From Camelus dromedarius (taxonomy: Eukaryota): 64,000 bases of DNA. The position numbers and the translations under genes are program-made. Shown in pieces: positions 37,123 through 49,600 of this stretch. The notes beneath the pieces were generated by a model. That model saw nothing but the letters and a program-made list of their open reading frames with translations. It searched no databases and was not told the DNA's origin. Location of the stretch: assembly GCF_036321535.1 (NCBI RefSeq), contig NC_087436.1, positions 107,572,001-107,636,000 on the forward strand, read 5' to 3'. Position 1 is the first letter of the stretch. Every line of letters starts with the position of its first letter.

Positions 37123-40100
37123 ATAAGTTCCTGGTATAGACAATAGTGAGCTTAATTCCCACCTCATCTTCATTACATTTTTAAAAACTCTTACTTTTAA
37201 GTACTGATCCATTATGGGCTCCCAACAAAAATGCTAGGTTTTATGTCCGTTTGCAAATTATGTGATTGTCACTTTTGAAAAGAGTTCAATGAATATATGG
37301 AAATTCAGTGCCCATTCTGCTGAACTACGTCCTTAATATTCCTATTTAAAAATGATTGGAGTGGAAGGCTCATTTCCTAAAGGTTAAATACATACACAGT
37401 TGTGCAGTCAATCTCCAGAACGTTTTGGTCTGGCAGAATTCCTAATAATGCTGTTTTGTGTTTTCTCCATTTAAAAAAATTCAGTATTCCCAGAGGTTTG
37501 TCACTTGTATTAACCTTTTCAGAAAATCAGCGTTGGCATCGTCCCTTTTCTTCATTGTGTGCTTGCTGTCTACTGCTGTTGTCTTTTGCTCTTCGTTCTT
37601 TACTCCTTCCCATGTTTTGGGGGGTTTACATTGCTGTCCCTTCTGTAGCCTTTTAAAATGGGATTAACCTTTTCTTTTTATGTAATACACATCGAGAGCT
37701 GTACGTTTCTCTGTGCACGTTGTTTGGAAACAATGAAGACCGTAAGATTATCCATCTAAACCTTGTAAGGTATATATATAAACCTTTTTTATTTATTTTG
37801 AAGGAAATCATATGCTATTTCTGTCCATCCTAGAGTGAGGTGAGAAACTACTTACTATACTGTTTGAAGTTTATTCATTGCTTCTGTTTTTAACCCTCCC
37901 ACCAAGGATCCCCTTACCTGCTTAAATTTCATGACTCCTGTTTTGGTGGTTTTCCTTCCATGCCACTAGGACTTTGTGGGCGTGAATTCCATGGGGGTAA
38001 AGATGCCTGAACGTGCTCCTTCTGAGGATACATTCCATGAGTGTCCCTGAGTACAGACAGGACACTAAGAGGATCTTGCTGTAGAGCAATTCTAACCATG
38101 TTTCCGAAGACATTTAGATCATCTCACATAGGATACTCCCCGACACAGTTTAGCCTTAGGAAAAATTGAAGAAAATCCTGTAACTTCAGAATTTTATAAT
38201 CAACAACGAAAGGAAACTTTGAAAGACTAGTTTGAGTCAGATACATGGGTTTTTCACTACAACTTAAGAGTCCCTAACATTGAATGCAAACAATTTGATA
38301 AGTCGTGTTTATATGAGGTTTCCATACATTTTACTGCCTTCAGGGTTAAATTGGCAGCCTGATGCCATGACAGGCCTGGCAGGTCCGGCTGGTTTTGTTG
38401 ACTAAAGGACTGGCTCTTGACATCATATAGGGACAGGACGCAAAGCCTGGTGCCTAGAGGACAGGGGTTTGCAGCCAAGATGACCCACATAAAGCTGAGC
38501 CCTTCAGTGTGCTACACCCACAGGAGAATAAATCCCACCCACATGCAGGGAGAGAGAACAAGGGAGTATGTCAGCCATGGCTTGAGTTCTGGCTTGTTGC
38601 CTCTGCAAGTTTATAACCATGTGGGTTTAGTGTTGACATCTTTATTGCCTTCATCCTTCTATGGTTATTGCCAACCAGAGGTGGTAGCATAAAACATGGC
38701 CCTGCTAGGTGCCACTTCTGCAGACGCAGAAGCAGACATAACAGTGTGGAAAGTACACACTTCCCATGACCTACAGGATTTATGTGCACAGATGTGAACC
38801 GTCTCTTAGGTATTTTGCATCATTCTATCCAAATGCTATTGGAATGACCTGCTATTGTTGTCTGTCTTGCACCCCTCATCTCACCTTATGTTGATACCGT
38901 CTTGGTGCAGCGTGATCTAGCCATAGTTAATTATTCCAGGAACAAGTGCATGGCCCAAGCCAGAGCAGGCAGTCTCTTCCCTGGGAATTTGAATTAAGAC
39001 GTCTTTTCCAGCCACTTGATTGATAATTAGAAGACTGAGGATCCTTTGGCTGCCATGTATTCTGCCACGTAATCCTGCAGCCAGAAAGAATGATGCAGAA
39101 AACTAGAGGGTGGAGACCAAAAAGAGATGCCCAGATGCTTTAGAGTGCCTGGGTTTAGAATTACCTTAGAGTCTAGCTGTGTTCCCTACCTGTGAGTTCT
39201 GTGATGTACGTTCTGTCACTGAATCCTCTATCACTGAGTTCCTTCCCACCAGCTTTTTTTTTTTTTTTCCTTTTTGAAGCTATAGTTGATTTCTGTTGAC
39301 AGACACCCCAAAAGAGTTCAAGCTGATATAGCAATAGAACCTCCATCTCATTTTTTGGTATGTTCCCAAAGATGAGACATCTCTTTTGATGGGATGTTTG
39401 ATGAAAGAAATACTTTAGATCTGAGAAGCAAAAGCTGCAATTCCATTTTTGGATAAATGTTAATTCATTTTCATCATTTGAGTAAAAATGCATAATAATG
39501 TGAACATAATATTGGCACCATTATTTTGTGGATCTTATAAATGAGTTTAGCCATGACGCTAATAGAAAGAGGTTTAAAAATGAAAAAATAAATTTCTTCA
39601 GGCAAAACAGTACGCCAACCTCACATACCACATTTAATATTTTGCAGGTGAGATTTGCTCTCCAGTTAAAGTTACTCTTTTTCATATGAACAGAAGATTG
39701 GTTGAGTGATAGTTCTTAATTCAAGAAGGAACAGTATAACTGACTGAAAAGCTATTCAGAAGCAAAAACACTCTTCTAAAAATATTTTTGCATTCTATAG
39801 AATGTTGCTCATTTAATATTCACCTTTGAATACTGAAGTTCCTTTTTACTCATCAAATACATTCTGTCACAGAATAAGACAAGCTTTCAGAATTTAACAA
39901 AAATTCATGAAGATCTAGTTGTAATTTCATGTTTCTGCTTTAGGGCAGTAGTCCCATATAGGACGTTAGACTCGAACGTTCTCTGCCTCAGTTTCAGCTA
40001 AGATGCCAATCTGGTGAACATCAGGACACCAAACTGAGGAAAAGCATCACATGTCAGGTTTACTGAAGAACTGTGAACGACCGTGTTCCACAAGTCTAGG

Positions 40101-40376
40101 GCTTACGGACCAAAGAAAAGGTCAGGTAGACGTTTGTGAAGAGACTGGAGAAGAGATCTTCGGAGGACCTGTTGTCATTCTTGGTAAGGAGTGGGGTGGA
40201 CTCCCTTCTTTACCTCCAGCCTAGTGGGAGGGATTTCCATGAGGAAACCTGGAAAGACTGCTTATGTGTGTGTTTTGTTTTTCAATTGAAGTTTAGTCAG
40301 TTACAATGTTACTTATGTGTCCTTTGAAGTTGCGGCATAATGAATTAGGGTCCAGCTCACCCCTACCCCCAAGAAA

Positions 40377-40816
40377 TGTAGAAGACAGCAGAACTGTGGG
40401 CCCCCCCCCAAAGATGTCTACATCCTAATCCCCTGAACCAGTGAACATGTTACCACCTTACTTGGCAAACAGGTCTTTGCAGATGTGGTTGAGCTGAGGA
40501 AATTGAGGTGGAGAAGTTATCCCAGATAATCCAGGTGAGCCCAGTGTAACCAAAAGGATCCTTTTGAAAGGAAGGCAGGAGGGTCAGAGATGTGGTGATG
40601 GAAACAGCGTGGCATGAGCCAAGAAATGCAGGCAGCCTCCAGAAGCTGGAAAAGGCAAGAAACGAGTTCTCTCTCTTGAGAGCCTTCAGTAGTAAAGCAG
40701 CCCCACCAGCACCTTGATTAGCCCAGTGAAACTGATGTTGGACATTACTGATATCCAGAACTGTGAAGTCATAAATGTGTGATAAGTTGTTCCTGTGGTG
40801 ATCAGAAACTAATACA
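40377..40816 (+). mobile_element. MaLR solo LTR (MLT1C/D-like)
   Basis: cccaaagatgtctacatcctaatcccc...tttgcagatgtg...gagccaagaaatgcaggcagcctccagaagctggaaaaggcaagaaa...gaaactaataca. Confidence 0.8.
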
Positions 40817-41549
40817 CCGGCTGATGCTTTGGTGACAGAGTTCAGACAGTGCTGCTGCTGTGAGGGCAGCGGGCACAGAATGTGGGGAGAAGATGCGTGA
40901 GCACTTCCCACGGAGGAGACATGCACCTCAGAGGAAAGAGGTTTTCACTAGGCTTACCCAGTAGTGCCCTCTGTAGGAGCAAGGAGGTCCCAGCAGGAGG
41001 AGTCTGCAATATGCCACTGACTTCCCGTCACTAAGGAAGGAATTCCAGGTGACCATGTGCATCTGTCTGTCAACAAAGCTGCAGCAGAGTAAGACCCAGG
41101 GAGCTCAAGGCCAACTTACGACAGTTCCAATCAAGTAAATACATTCTCAGCCCTTCCCCCAGCATGTCACTTCTGATAGAAGCTAAAGCAGCCCCCAGCA
41201 GGTAGATGGGGGAGATAAGGGGCAGACATGGAGAAGCCAGTCTCCTCCCTTTCCTGTTGCCGGCTTGGAACCATTGTCATTAGAACCACCTGGAAGAGAG
41301 CAGAAGACTGGATGTCAAAGCAAATTCACAGCTTGATTATCTTGCGCTGGACTTTCTAACCACTTCGTCAAGAATTTTCAATGGTACAAAGGGACTGTAG
41401 AACCTTCCAGAATCTTCTTTCAGGGAGTATTTATGTCTCTCTAAATAAAGTCTAAGCAGACAATAGGGAACAAAATACTGTTAAATCTTTTAAATTTTAT
41501 GGACGCTTCCAAACATGTAAAAAATTAGAAATAAGAGTGAATTCCCCTC

Positions 41550-41932
41550 TGCAGTGGGTTGAATTGTGTCTCCTCCATCCCTGCCAAATTCATATGTTGA
41601 AGCCCTAACCCCCAGTGTGACTGCATTTGAAAATAGGGTTTTGGGGAGGTAATTAAGGCTAACTGAGGCCATAAGGATGAAGTCTTACCCCTTAGGATCA
41701 GAAGAGAAAGCAATCTCTCCCCTCACCACCACCACATACACATGCACATACTGAGGAAGGTCGTGGGAGGACACAGAAGATGGACACCTGCAGGCCCATA
41801 AGATAGCTGTCACCAGAAATCAACCATGCTGGCATCCTGGTCTCAGACTTCCAGCCTCCAGAACTGTGAGAAGACACATGAAGCCCCCCAGTCCGTGGTG
41901 TGTTACTACAGCAGCCCAAGCAGATGAATACG
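41550..41932 (+). mobile_element. MaLR solo LTR (MLT1A/B-like) with 5-bp TSD
   Basis: tgcagtgggttgaattgtgtc...aaattcatatgttgaagccctaacccccagtgtgactg...cagcctccagaactgtgag; TSD ccctc at 41545-41549 and 41933-41937. Confidence 0.85.
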
Positions 41933-42249
41933 CCCTCTGTCCCTCTCCTGTACTCAGATACCTTCAATATGTCACTTCCTTTATCTGTTTTCCCCTTTTT
42001 CTTCACCCTCCTCCCTTCTGCCCAATCTATGAAGACTATTTCATGTCAAACTTAGACATATGATTTGTACTTCTAAACATATCCACATACATCTCTAAAG
42101 AATAAATGTGATTTTTACAAACTGACCATTGAGGTATAATTACCATCCATTAGGATCTCTCTTCCCAAACCTGCTGCATGTGCTGGTAGTTGAAGTGAGC
42201 TGTGGGTGTGTGATTTGTTTTTACTAATGAAATGAAAACAGAAGTAACA

Positions 42250-42712
42250 TGTATCAGGTAGCTATTACTGTGTAACAAACCACCTCAGAATGTAGTGGCT
42301 TAACAAGCACTATTTTTCAGAATTCTATGGGTTGAGTGGGCATTTCCTCTGGTTTGAGACAGGTTGGCTTATCTCTGTGGTCAGCTGGCAGCTGTATGTG
42401 TGGCTGGCTGGTGTAGGAGGGCCTCAGCTGGGATGGTCAGTGCACTAACTTTGGATTCTTCATAGAGTGGTCCCAGAGTTCCAAAGAGCATGAAGAGAAA
42501 GTAAACTCTAATGCAGAAGCACTTCCTAAGCCTTTCCTTCTGATACATTTACTAATGTCCCATCCCCTAAAGTCACTCACGTGGCCAAGCCCAAATTCAA
42601 GGGGTGAAGAATAGCTTCTGTCCCTTGATGGGAAGAGCTACAATGTCTGTATGTCAAAGGAGTGTACATACAAGTTGGGAAGAGTTTGTGGCCATTTTTG
42701 TAATCTACCGCC
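42250..42712 (-). mobile_element. MaLR LTR (MLT1F/G/H-like)
   Basis: tgtatcaggtagctattactgtgtaacaaaccacctcagaa...gtggcttaac...cacgtggccaagcccaaattcaagggg...ggccatttttgtaatctacc. Confidence 0.7.
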
Positions 42713-42869
42713 ATAATGTCAGGCGTTTCCTGAGCTATGGTTAACTGAGGGTTTTGTTCCGCATATAGTACGTGTTAAGGCTGGTTAACAAATTAACAGT
42801 TGAGAACTGGCAGTGGAACAAAGCAAGACAGGGTTAACAAGAAAGGAAAGAAGGAACACTTCCTAATTG

Positions 42870-44960
42870 TTTATTGATAGTATATAGAAAAACTATATTC
42901 CTGCAAACTTGCTAAATTTACTTTTATAGTAACTTTTTTGAGATTCTTTAGAATTTTCTATCTACCTGATCATGTTGCCTGTACATAAAGACAGTTTTCA
43001 TCCTAATTTGCATATGTTTTCTTTTTCTTGCCTCATTTCCAATATTAAGGAAAAAGCGTTTCGTCTTTCACCATTAAATCTGGGTTAAGTATAGAACTTT
43101 TATAGATGCCTTCATCAAGTTGAGACTATTCCCCTCTGTTCTTAAGATGGAAATTTTGTCCATTGATACTAGATTTTTCTTCTTTCCCAGTGTAAGCTTT
43201 TAGAGCTATACATTTTCTTCTAAATTCTGCTTTAGCTTGTTCATTCCATTTTTTTTTTCATTTTTAGTCATTTAAAAATAATTTTAAACTTTCCTCGTCA
43301 TTTATTCTTTGACGTTGGGAGATTTTTCCAGTTATCTTTATTTTTATTGACTTCATTTAATTCCTTTGTCATCAAAGAACACACTTCGTATGTCTTTAGT
43401 CCTTAAAAAATTAACTTATACTCGGCATGTGATCTATCTTGTTGAATGTTTTATAAGCATGTGTAAAGAATGTGCATTCTACTGTTGCTGGAGAGAGCAT
43501 TCTATAAATGTAAACTAGGTTAGATTGATGGTGGTGTTTGAGATGTCTATATTACTGGTTTCTCTCTAATTATTCTGTCACTTGCTGAGAGAGGGATGTT
43601 GAAGTCTGTAGCCATAATTTTGGATTTGTCTACTTCTTTCCTTTCTGTCATTTTGCTTTCCATGTATTTGAAATTCTATAATTAGGTACATACAAACTTA
43701 AGATTGTTATGTCCTTTGATGAATTAATTTATTGTAAAATATTTTTCTTTCTGATTACTTTTAAGATTTTCCTCAAAAATCACTGATTTTCAGAAATGTC
43801 ATGTGTTTGGTGTGGTTTTCAATGTGTATATATTTTTTGGATCTGTGTGTTTATTTTCACAAAATTTACAAAATCCACAGCCTATTCCTTTGAAATTTTT
43901 TTGTGTTACACATAATTTAGCCCACAGTTGCCTCCAAATCATCGAAGTTTTGTTCATTTTTTTGTCTGTTTTTTTTTCCCTGTTCTTCAGTTTGGATAAT
44001 TTCTATTGCTGTATTTTCAAGTTCACTGATCTTCTAAGATTTCTAGTCTCTCTTAAGTTCATCCAGTGAGTTATTCATTTCAGATATTGAATATTATATC
44101 TCCATGATTTTATTTAGTCCTTCTTTGTAATTTCTCATTATGTGCATGTTTTTTAAAAAAATATTGATATTTATAATACCTCTTTTAAGTCTCTGTAATT
44201 CCATCATTTAAGTAATTTCTAGTGATTTTTTTCTATTGACTGATTTTTTTTTCTAGTTATTGGACCACATTTTTCAGCTTCTTGGTCTACTAATTTTAAC
44301 TGAAGCCTGCACATTGTGATTCTTTGCTTTGAGTATTTGATTCTTTTGTCTTAAGGAGCTTTTTTTTCCCCCTGGAAGTTAGTTAAATTACTTGTGGGTT
44401 TGTTCGATTCTTTGAAGGCTTGTTTGTAAAGGCTTCTGTTGGGTAGCTGTTGCTGTAAGACTAGTTAACCCCTACCCCTTAGCAGTGATATTCTCAGGTC
44501 TCTATTCACAGTGGGCACTGCTCTCAAGGGGCAAAGCGGCATGTCCACACTGGCCATTAAACTCAGACATCTCTCAGTCTAACATGAGCTCTGATAATTT
44601 CTCAGTTGTTCTTTCCTGATTCACCCTATGTGTGTAGTGTTCAGTTAGAGTCTGGAGCAGATTCCTGTGCAGATTCCCGTAGCTCGCTCTTTGTATGGTG
44701 TCCTCATCTCTGGTTCTTTCCCACAAATTCCAACCACTTCAGCTTCCCTGAATTCCAGTCTTCCCTCCATGAACTCAGTGGCAATCCCATGCTCTACTTG
44801 TGCTTCCTTCCCGCACGTCTGTACTTCCAGACAGAAAGCTGGGGTGACTGTGGTGCTCACTTTGATTGTTTCTCTCTTGGGGAGTCCTAGTTCTTTGCTG
44901 CATTTCTCCAAAGTCCAGAAACAGTTGTTTCACATATTTTGTCCATTTTTCTAGTTCTTT
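42870..44960 (-). mobile_element. Degenerate old L1M fragments
   Basis: T-rich antisense L1 text (cttgctaaattta, gctatacattttcttctaaattctgctttagct, gctgagagagggatgttgaagtct, cttcagtttggataatttctattg). Confidence 0.6.
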
Positions 44961-46402
44961 ATGATGGTGGGCAGGTCTGGTCCCAGTAATTCTAGCTTAG
45001 CAAAAATTGAAGACCCCACTCCATTAGATTTTTTTTTTTCAAACAAGAAGTTATATTGTAAAAATTCTGATCATCCTTATCAGTTCATTTAGTCTCATGT
45101 AAATACTATTCTGCTTGATCTTGGGCTGGGAGTTACAGGAATCCATCACTTTCTTCATCAGTTCTGGAAGCTTTTAGTCCCTTGGTATGGTCTTAAAGTT
45201 ATTGAAGTGATGCCATTATGAAGCATTCTCATGTGTAGCTAATTATAAATGCTTTCAGAGAAGAATTAGTGTAAAACAGTAACTGTGAATGACAAAGGAC
45301 CACAAATGACCATGGTTAAAGATCTAATGAGAGTTCATATGCAAAGGAAATGTAGTTATTTCTGCAGCATACATTTTAAGATACTAATTGAGCAATGACA
45401 GTATCAACAAATAATGCTTTTTTAATTTCCTCCAGAGGTAACCAAGGTATATCAAACTGTTTGCCCAAAATGCATTTCCTATTTATAATGGAAATTTTAT
45501 CAACTCTTAAAAAAAAATTACAGGCGCTAATTGCGATAAAGCTATGGGTCTTAATGTAGAAATGGAGGTCTCAGTAGCTATTAATATTTTTCAGTTAATG
45601 AGACAAAGTCATAGAAAATAGTACCATTAGATTGGTCAGAGGAGCATGGTTGTTGAGGATCTGTGCAATTTCATTATTCTCTTCTGAATTTGGCAAAATA
45701 TTTTTTTCTGTTGTCCATGTACCTTGTAATAATGTTGATTTTCATCATTTTAAAAAGGCTGGACTTGGTTGTATTTTGGGGACCCAGTAATTCTTGGTTT
45801 ACATGGCTTTAGAAACTTGTTTTTCTAGATAAATTTGTCTAATTTGAATTGGTATAAATTTCTTCTCTCTTTTCTTTAGCCTCATTTAAAAACCCCGAAG
45901 GGACATTAATTTGGAATTATTCATTCATTTAGAGAAATCAAAGAAAGCCTGTGAGAGATTTAATTTCTTTTTATCTTTAGTTTGGAAATTGTATTTTCAC
46001 GAATTCTAACAATATTGGACCGCTAATAAGTGAAAATATAAAAGACTGGAGTTTTTGGATGGAGCGAGTAGAATCCTTAGAGTTAAGAGAGCGCATGTTA
46101 CTGAAGATACTAAACAAATATAAACATTAAAAAAGCTAATGAGTGTATCAGATTTTACCTTTCCTGTCATACCCACTCCTGACATCTCATGCTCTTAATG
46201 AACTGACCATAATATTAAAACCCACTTTCTGTGCTTTTAGTATTAAGGACACAGTCATCCAAGAATGATCAAAATCAGAATCAGGAACAGAAACAAGTTC
46301 CACCAGATGTTCTTTGAACATTTGTTAAACCCCTTTCTAAAACTGTCTGGGACTGGAATCTTCATGAAAGAGACATTTTAAAAAATGTATCTAATTATTT
46401 GA

Positions 46403-46846
46403 GGTGGAAGGGGAGATTTGCTACGTCAGCTTAGTCTGCCATTTTGAAAGGAAATTCCATCTTTATGTTATTTTTAAAAAGGAGTCTTTACCTCTTGAAG
46501 TTAAGCTTAATCATGTGACCTGCTTTGGCCAATGGGAAATTAGCAAAAGTGACACAAGCAGAAGTCTACTTGTTCTTGCTTCTCTTTGGAACCCTGGCCA
46601 CCATGGAGAGAAGGATGGGCTAGTATAGGAGGAGGAGAGATCATTTGGACCAGAGGCAGGCTTTCCCAGTTGGAGCCCCTGCCATACCAGTAGCCTACCA
46701 ACCATGAGATACATGAATGAGGCCACCCTAGACCACCCGACCCCATCAGTGCCAGCACAGAACAGAGGAACTCCCCAACAAACCTAGAGAACCATGAATA
46801 ATAAAGTTTTGGGTGACTTGTTACATAGCGAAAGCTAATGAATACA
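46403..46846 (+). mobile_element. MaLR LTR (MLT1H/J-like)
   Basis: catgtgacctgctttggccaatggga...gcaaaagtgacacaagcagaag...ttttgggtgacttgttacatagc...taatgaataca. Confidence 0.7.
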
Positions 46847-47689
46847 AATATCCATAAACAAGAGTGCATGTGGGAGTGTGGATTTCTCCAACAACAGAAG
46901 GAAATGAGAAGAGCTATTACTCTGAGGCATCCAGGACTTTTTTCCCTAGATAAACATGAGGTTGCACTCATGCAAAATTTGGTTTAAGAAACAGGAAGCT
47001 CCAGTATTTGTAAATATTTGGAATGAATAAATTGTTAGTATAAGTTTTTCCAGAATCATGGTGCGAACCCTGAGAATCAGATTTGACAACTAGAAAGTAT
47101 TTGACCTTTGGGAGTGTCATTTTACTTATCTCTATAATGGACCCAATAATAATGGAACATACCAAATAAGCCTGTGTGAGGATCAAAAAGGTTCACATGT
47201 ATAAAGAACTGACACCTATTAAGGACCTTAGATCAGCATTAATCCTTACTTAGTGTCTTAGTGCCCCTTATTAGTCACCACTTGGTAAGTGTTTGAACAA
47301 AAGAATGAATGTGTGCTTCAGTGTAAAAAAACTTATCTGGAAGTCAGAGGTTGGGAATCTCCAGAGTTAAAGTATTTGTCCGATGGGATAATGGCGGGTG
47401 AAGGTTACATAGGCAACAAAGGCTACCCAGTGTGAAATGAACTTAGTTGAGAGTCAAAGGAAGTTCAAATGGATGAAAAGATAAGAAAGCAACTAGCGAC
47501 AAACAGCTGCTATAAATTATTGCTTCCTGGCTGCAGCGACTTGCAACGCATTCTATTGAATGCAATTAAGAATGAAACTATCAAACTGCTGTTTGAGAGA
47601 TTCCAAGGAATAGAGAATTCAGGAAGAATCAGAGATGGATAGGTTTATTTCTAATTTTTTAAAAAGGAAACTTCTACACACCGTCAAGC

Positions 47690-48137
47690 TCACCCAGACT
47701 TAGAAGACAAGGCACAGCCAAGACCTCACTGATCAACTCGTCAAGATACAATGAGGCACTTTTAGGTTTAGGCAGTCTATTACTTACAGACAGCAGGAAG
47801 AAGAGTGAGTCGATGGGCTGGTTCCCAAGTCCGTGTACCACACACTGAACAGGATGATACCAAAGCAGGAGGGGGCAATGATTGCAGCACTAGTTGTGGG
47901 ATACCCCATTGCTAAGTTGCCTGTGCTTCATCAGAACCCAGGAGATGATGAGAATCGATCTCATAGCAACCTTTCAGGGAGATGAGTGAGTGGGAGATGG
48001 CTTCATAGCAGCTCCTTAGAGGCCTCCAATCCTCTCTACATTCCAGGATGGTGTTCTGCCAGGACTCAGGTAAGCTGTGGTTCAAGCTTTGTTCACACGG
48101 ATATTTGCAGGGTCACTGGTACAGAGATGTTCCTCTA
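47690..48137 (-). mobile_element. Probable ERVL-type LTR remnant
   Basis: About 450-bp GC-richer block with an LTR-like ctattacttacagacagcag (reverse poly(A)-signal region); family not confidently recognised. Confidence 0.35.
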
Positions 48138-48139
48138 TG

Positions 48140-49600
48140 CAAATTGACAAACTCGGATGGATCTAGAGAAAAATCTAGGGTGTATTATTGATAAGAAGTG
48201 AAATGACTTGTGAACACGAAACAAATGAGCTGAAGATGAGATGCTAACAAGGTAAAATTTAAGTGTATAATTATGAGTTTTGTTACAGGGAATGGACCTT
48301 CCAAAATAGGTGAGAATGAGACCTGGTTTAGCAGGAATCTCCAAAGAAAAAGACTCAGGAGTCAACAAAACTCGAGGGTTTTACTGGACAAATTAACATG
48401 AAGGTGTTGTGGTCTGAGTGCGGAGAGAGTAAATGAGCTCTTAGGTTCTCGTGCTAGGACGTAATAGGCTTCGTCTGACCCGTGTGCAAGGACACACCTA
48501 GATGGTCACTTGGAGGACACACAGTTTAGGCTGAGGGGGCTCAAACCACATCGAATAGAAAGTACGGATTTCTTACTCCAGAGGAGATTCAAGAGGGATG
48601 ATCATCATGGTGAGTGTTAAACAAAGCCCTACCATGTGCTAGATACTGCGTGAAGTGCTTTACATGAATTGTGAGTGGAAGCCTTACAATACCAGTTAAG
48701 TAGTTAGCATTATTATCCTCATTTCCAGGTGAGACAGTGAGGACTCCATGAGGTTAAGTGGCTGCCCAAGGTCAGCCGTGTTGCTGACGAGGACTGGAGC
48801 TGGGATTTGAATCGGGCAGAATAACCCCGGGTCCACACCCCTAACCGGTATCCTGTGATATCTCATGCAGTTTCCCAACATTTAAACGGCTTTAATGCTT
48901 AAAAGGAAGGTTAACTGAATTGTGTCCCTCCAAATTGGTGCGTTGAAGCCCTAACCCGCAATGTGACTGCGTTTGGAAATAGGCCTTTAAAAAGGTAATT
49001 AACGTGAAGTGAGGTCACAGAACGGGGCTCTAATCCAACAGCACTGGTGTCCTTGTAAGAAGAGACTCTGTGGGGCGTGTACACAGAAAAGAGGCCATGT
49101 GAGGACACGGCCAGGAGGTGGACATCACAAGCCAAGGAGAGAGGCCTCAAGAGAAACCAAACCTGCCAACACCTTGATCTTGAACCTCAGCCTCCAGAGC
49201 TGTGAGAAAATACGTTGATATTGTTGCAGCCACCTATCTGTGGCATTCTGTTATGGTAACTGGAAAACTAGGACAAGGGCTAAGATTGGTTTCATATTCA
49301 TCAGGTACTGAGCGGAGAGTACCAGTAAGAGGAGCCCCTGCCCTTGACCTAGTGACCTGGCTGGACCCCCAGGAGAGCTCCTGAATGGAATCTGCAGAGA
49401 GACAGCTTTGACTGGGTAAAGAGGAGAACTTTCTTTAAGGTGTCTTGAAAAATGTCCTTACTGGCTTAGAGGTATTTCTGCCTAAAACAATTCAAGTGCG
49501 TTTAGCTTGGATGAACATTTCTGGGTGATGCTGATGAAAAGATTTCGGTGCTTAGCGGCTGGTTGGACTAGGTAACCTCAAAAGTCTCACAGTTCTTACC
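48140..49600 (+). mobile_element. Ancient CR1/L3 LINE remnant interrupted by a MIR and an MLT1 LTR
   Basis: gaaaaagactcagg...gggttttactggacaaattaacatg and 3'-terminal ggttggactaggtaacctc resemble recalled L3/CR1 motifs. Confidence 0.45.
48908..49275 (+). mobile_element. MaLR solo LTR (MLT1A/B-like)
   Basis: actgaattgtgtccctccaaatt...gttgaagccctaaccc...gccaaggagagaggcctcaagagaaaccaaacctgccaacaccttgatcttg; same family as 41550-41932. Confidence 0.85.

Noticed and set aside
40450..40926. 158-aa minus-strand ORF
   Set aside because: Lies largely antisense within an MLT1C/D LTR; no protein features.
46540..46971. 143-aa minus-strand ORF
   Set aside because: Overlaps an old MaLR LTR; no recognisable domain.
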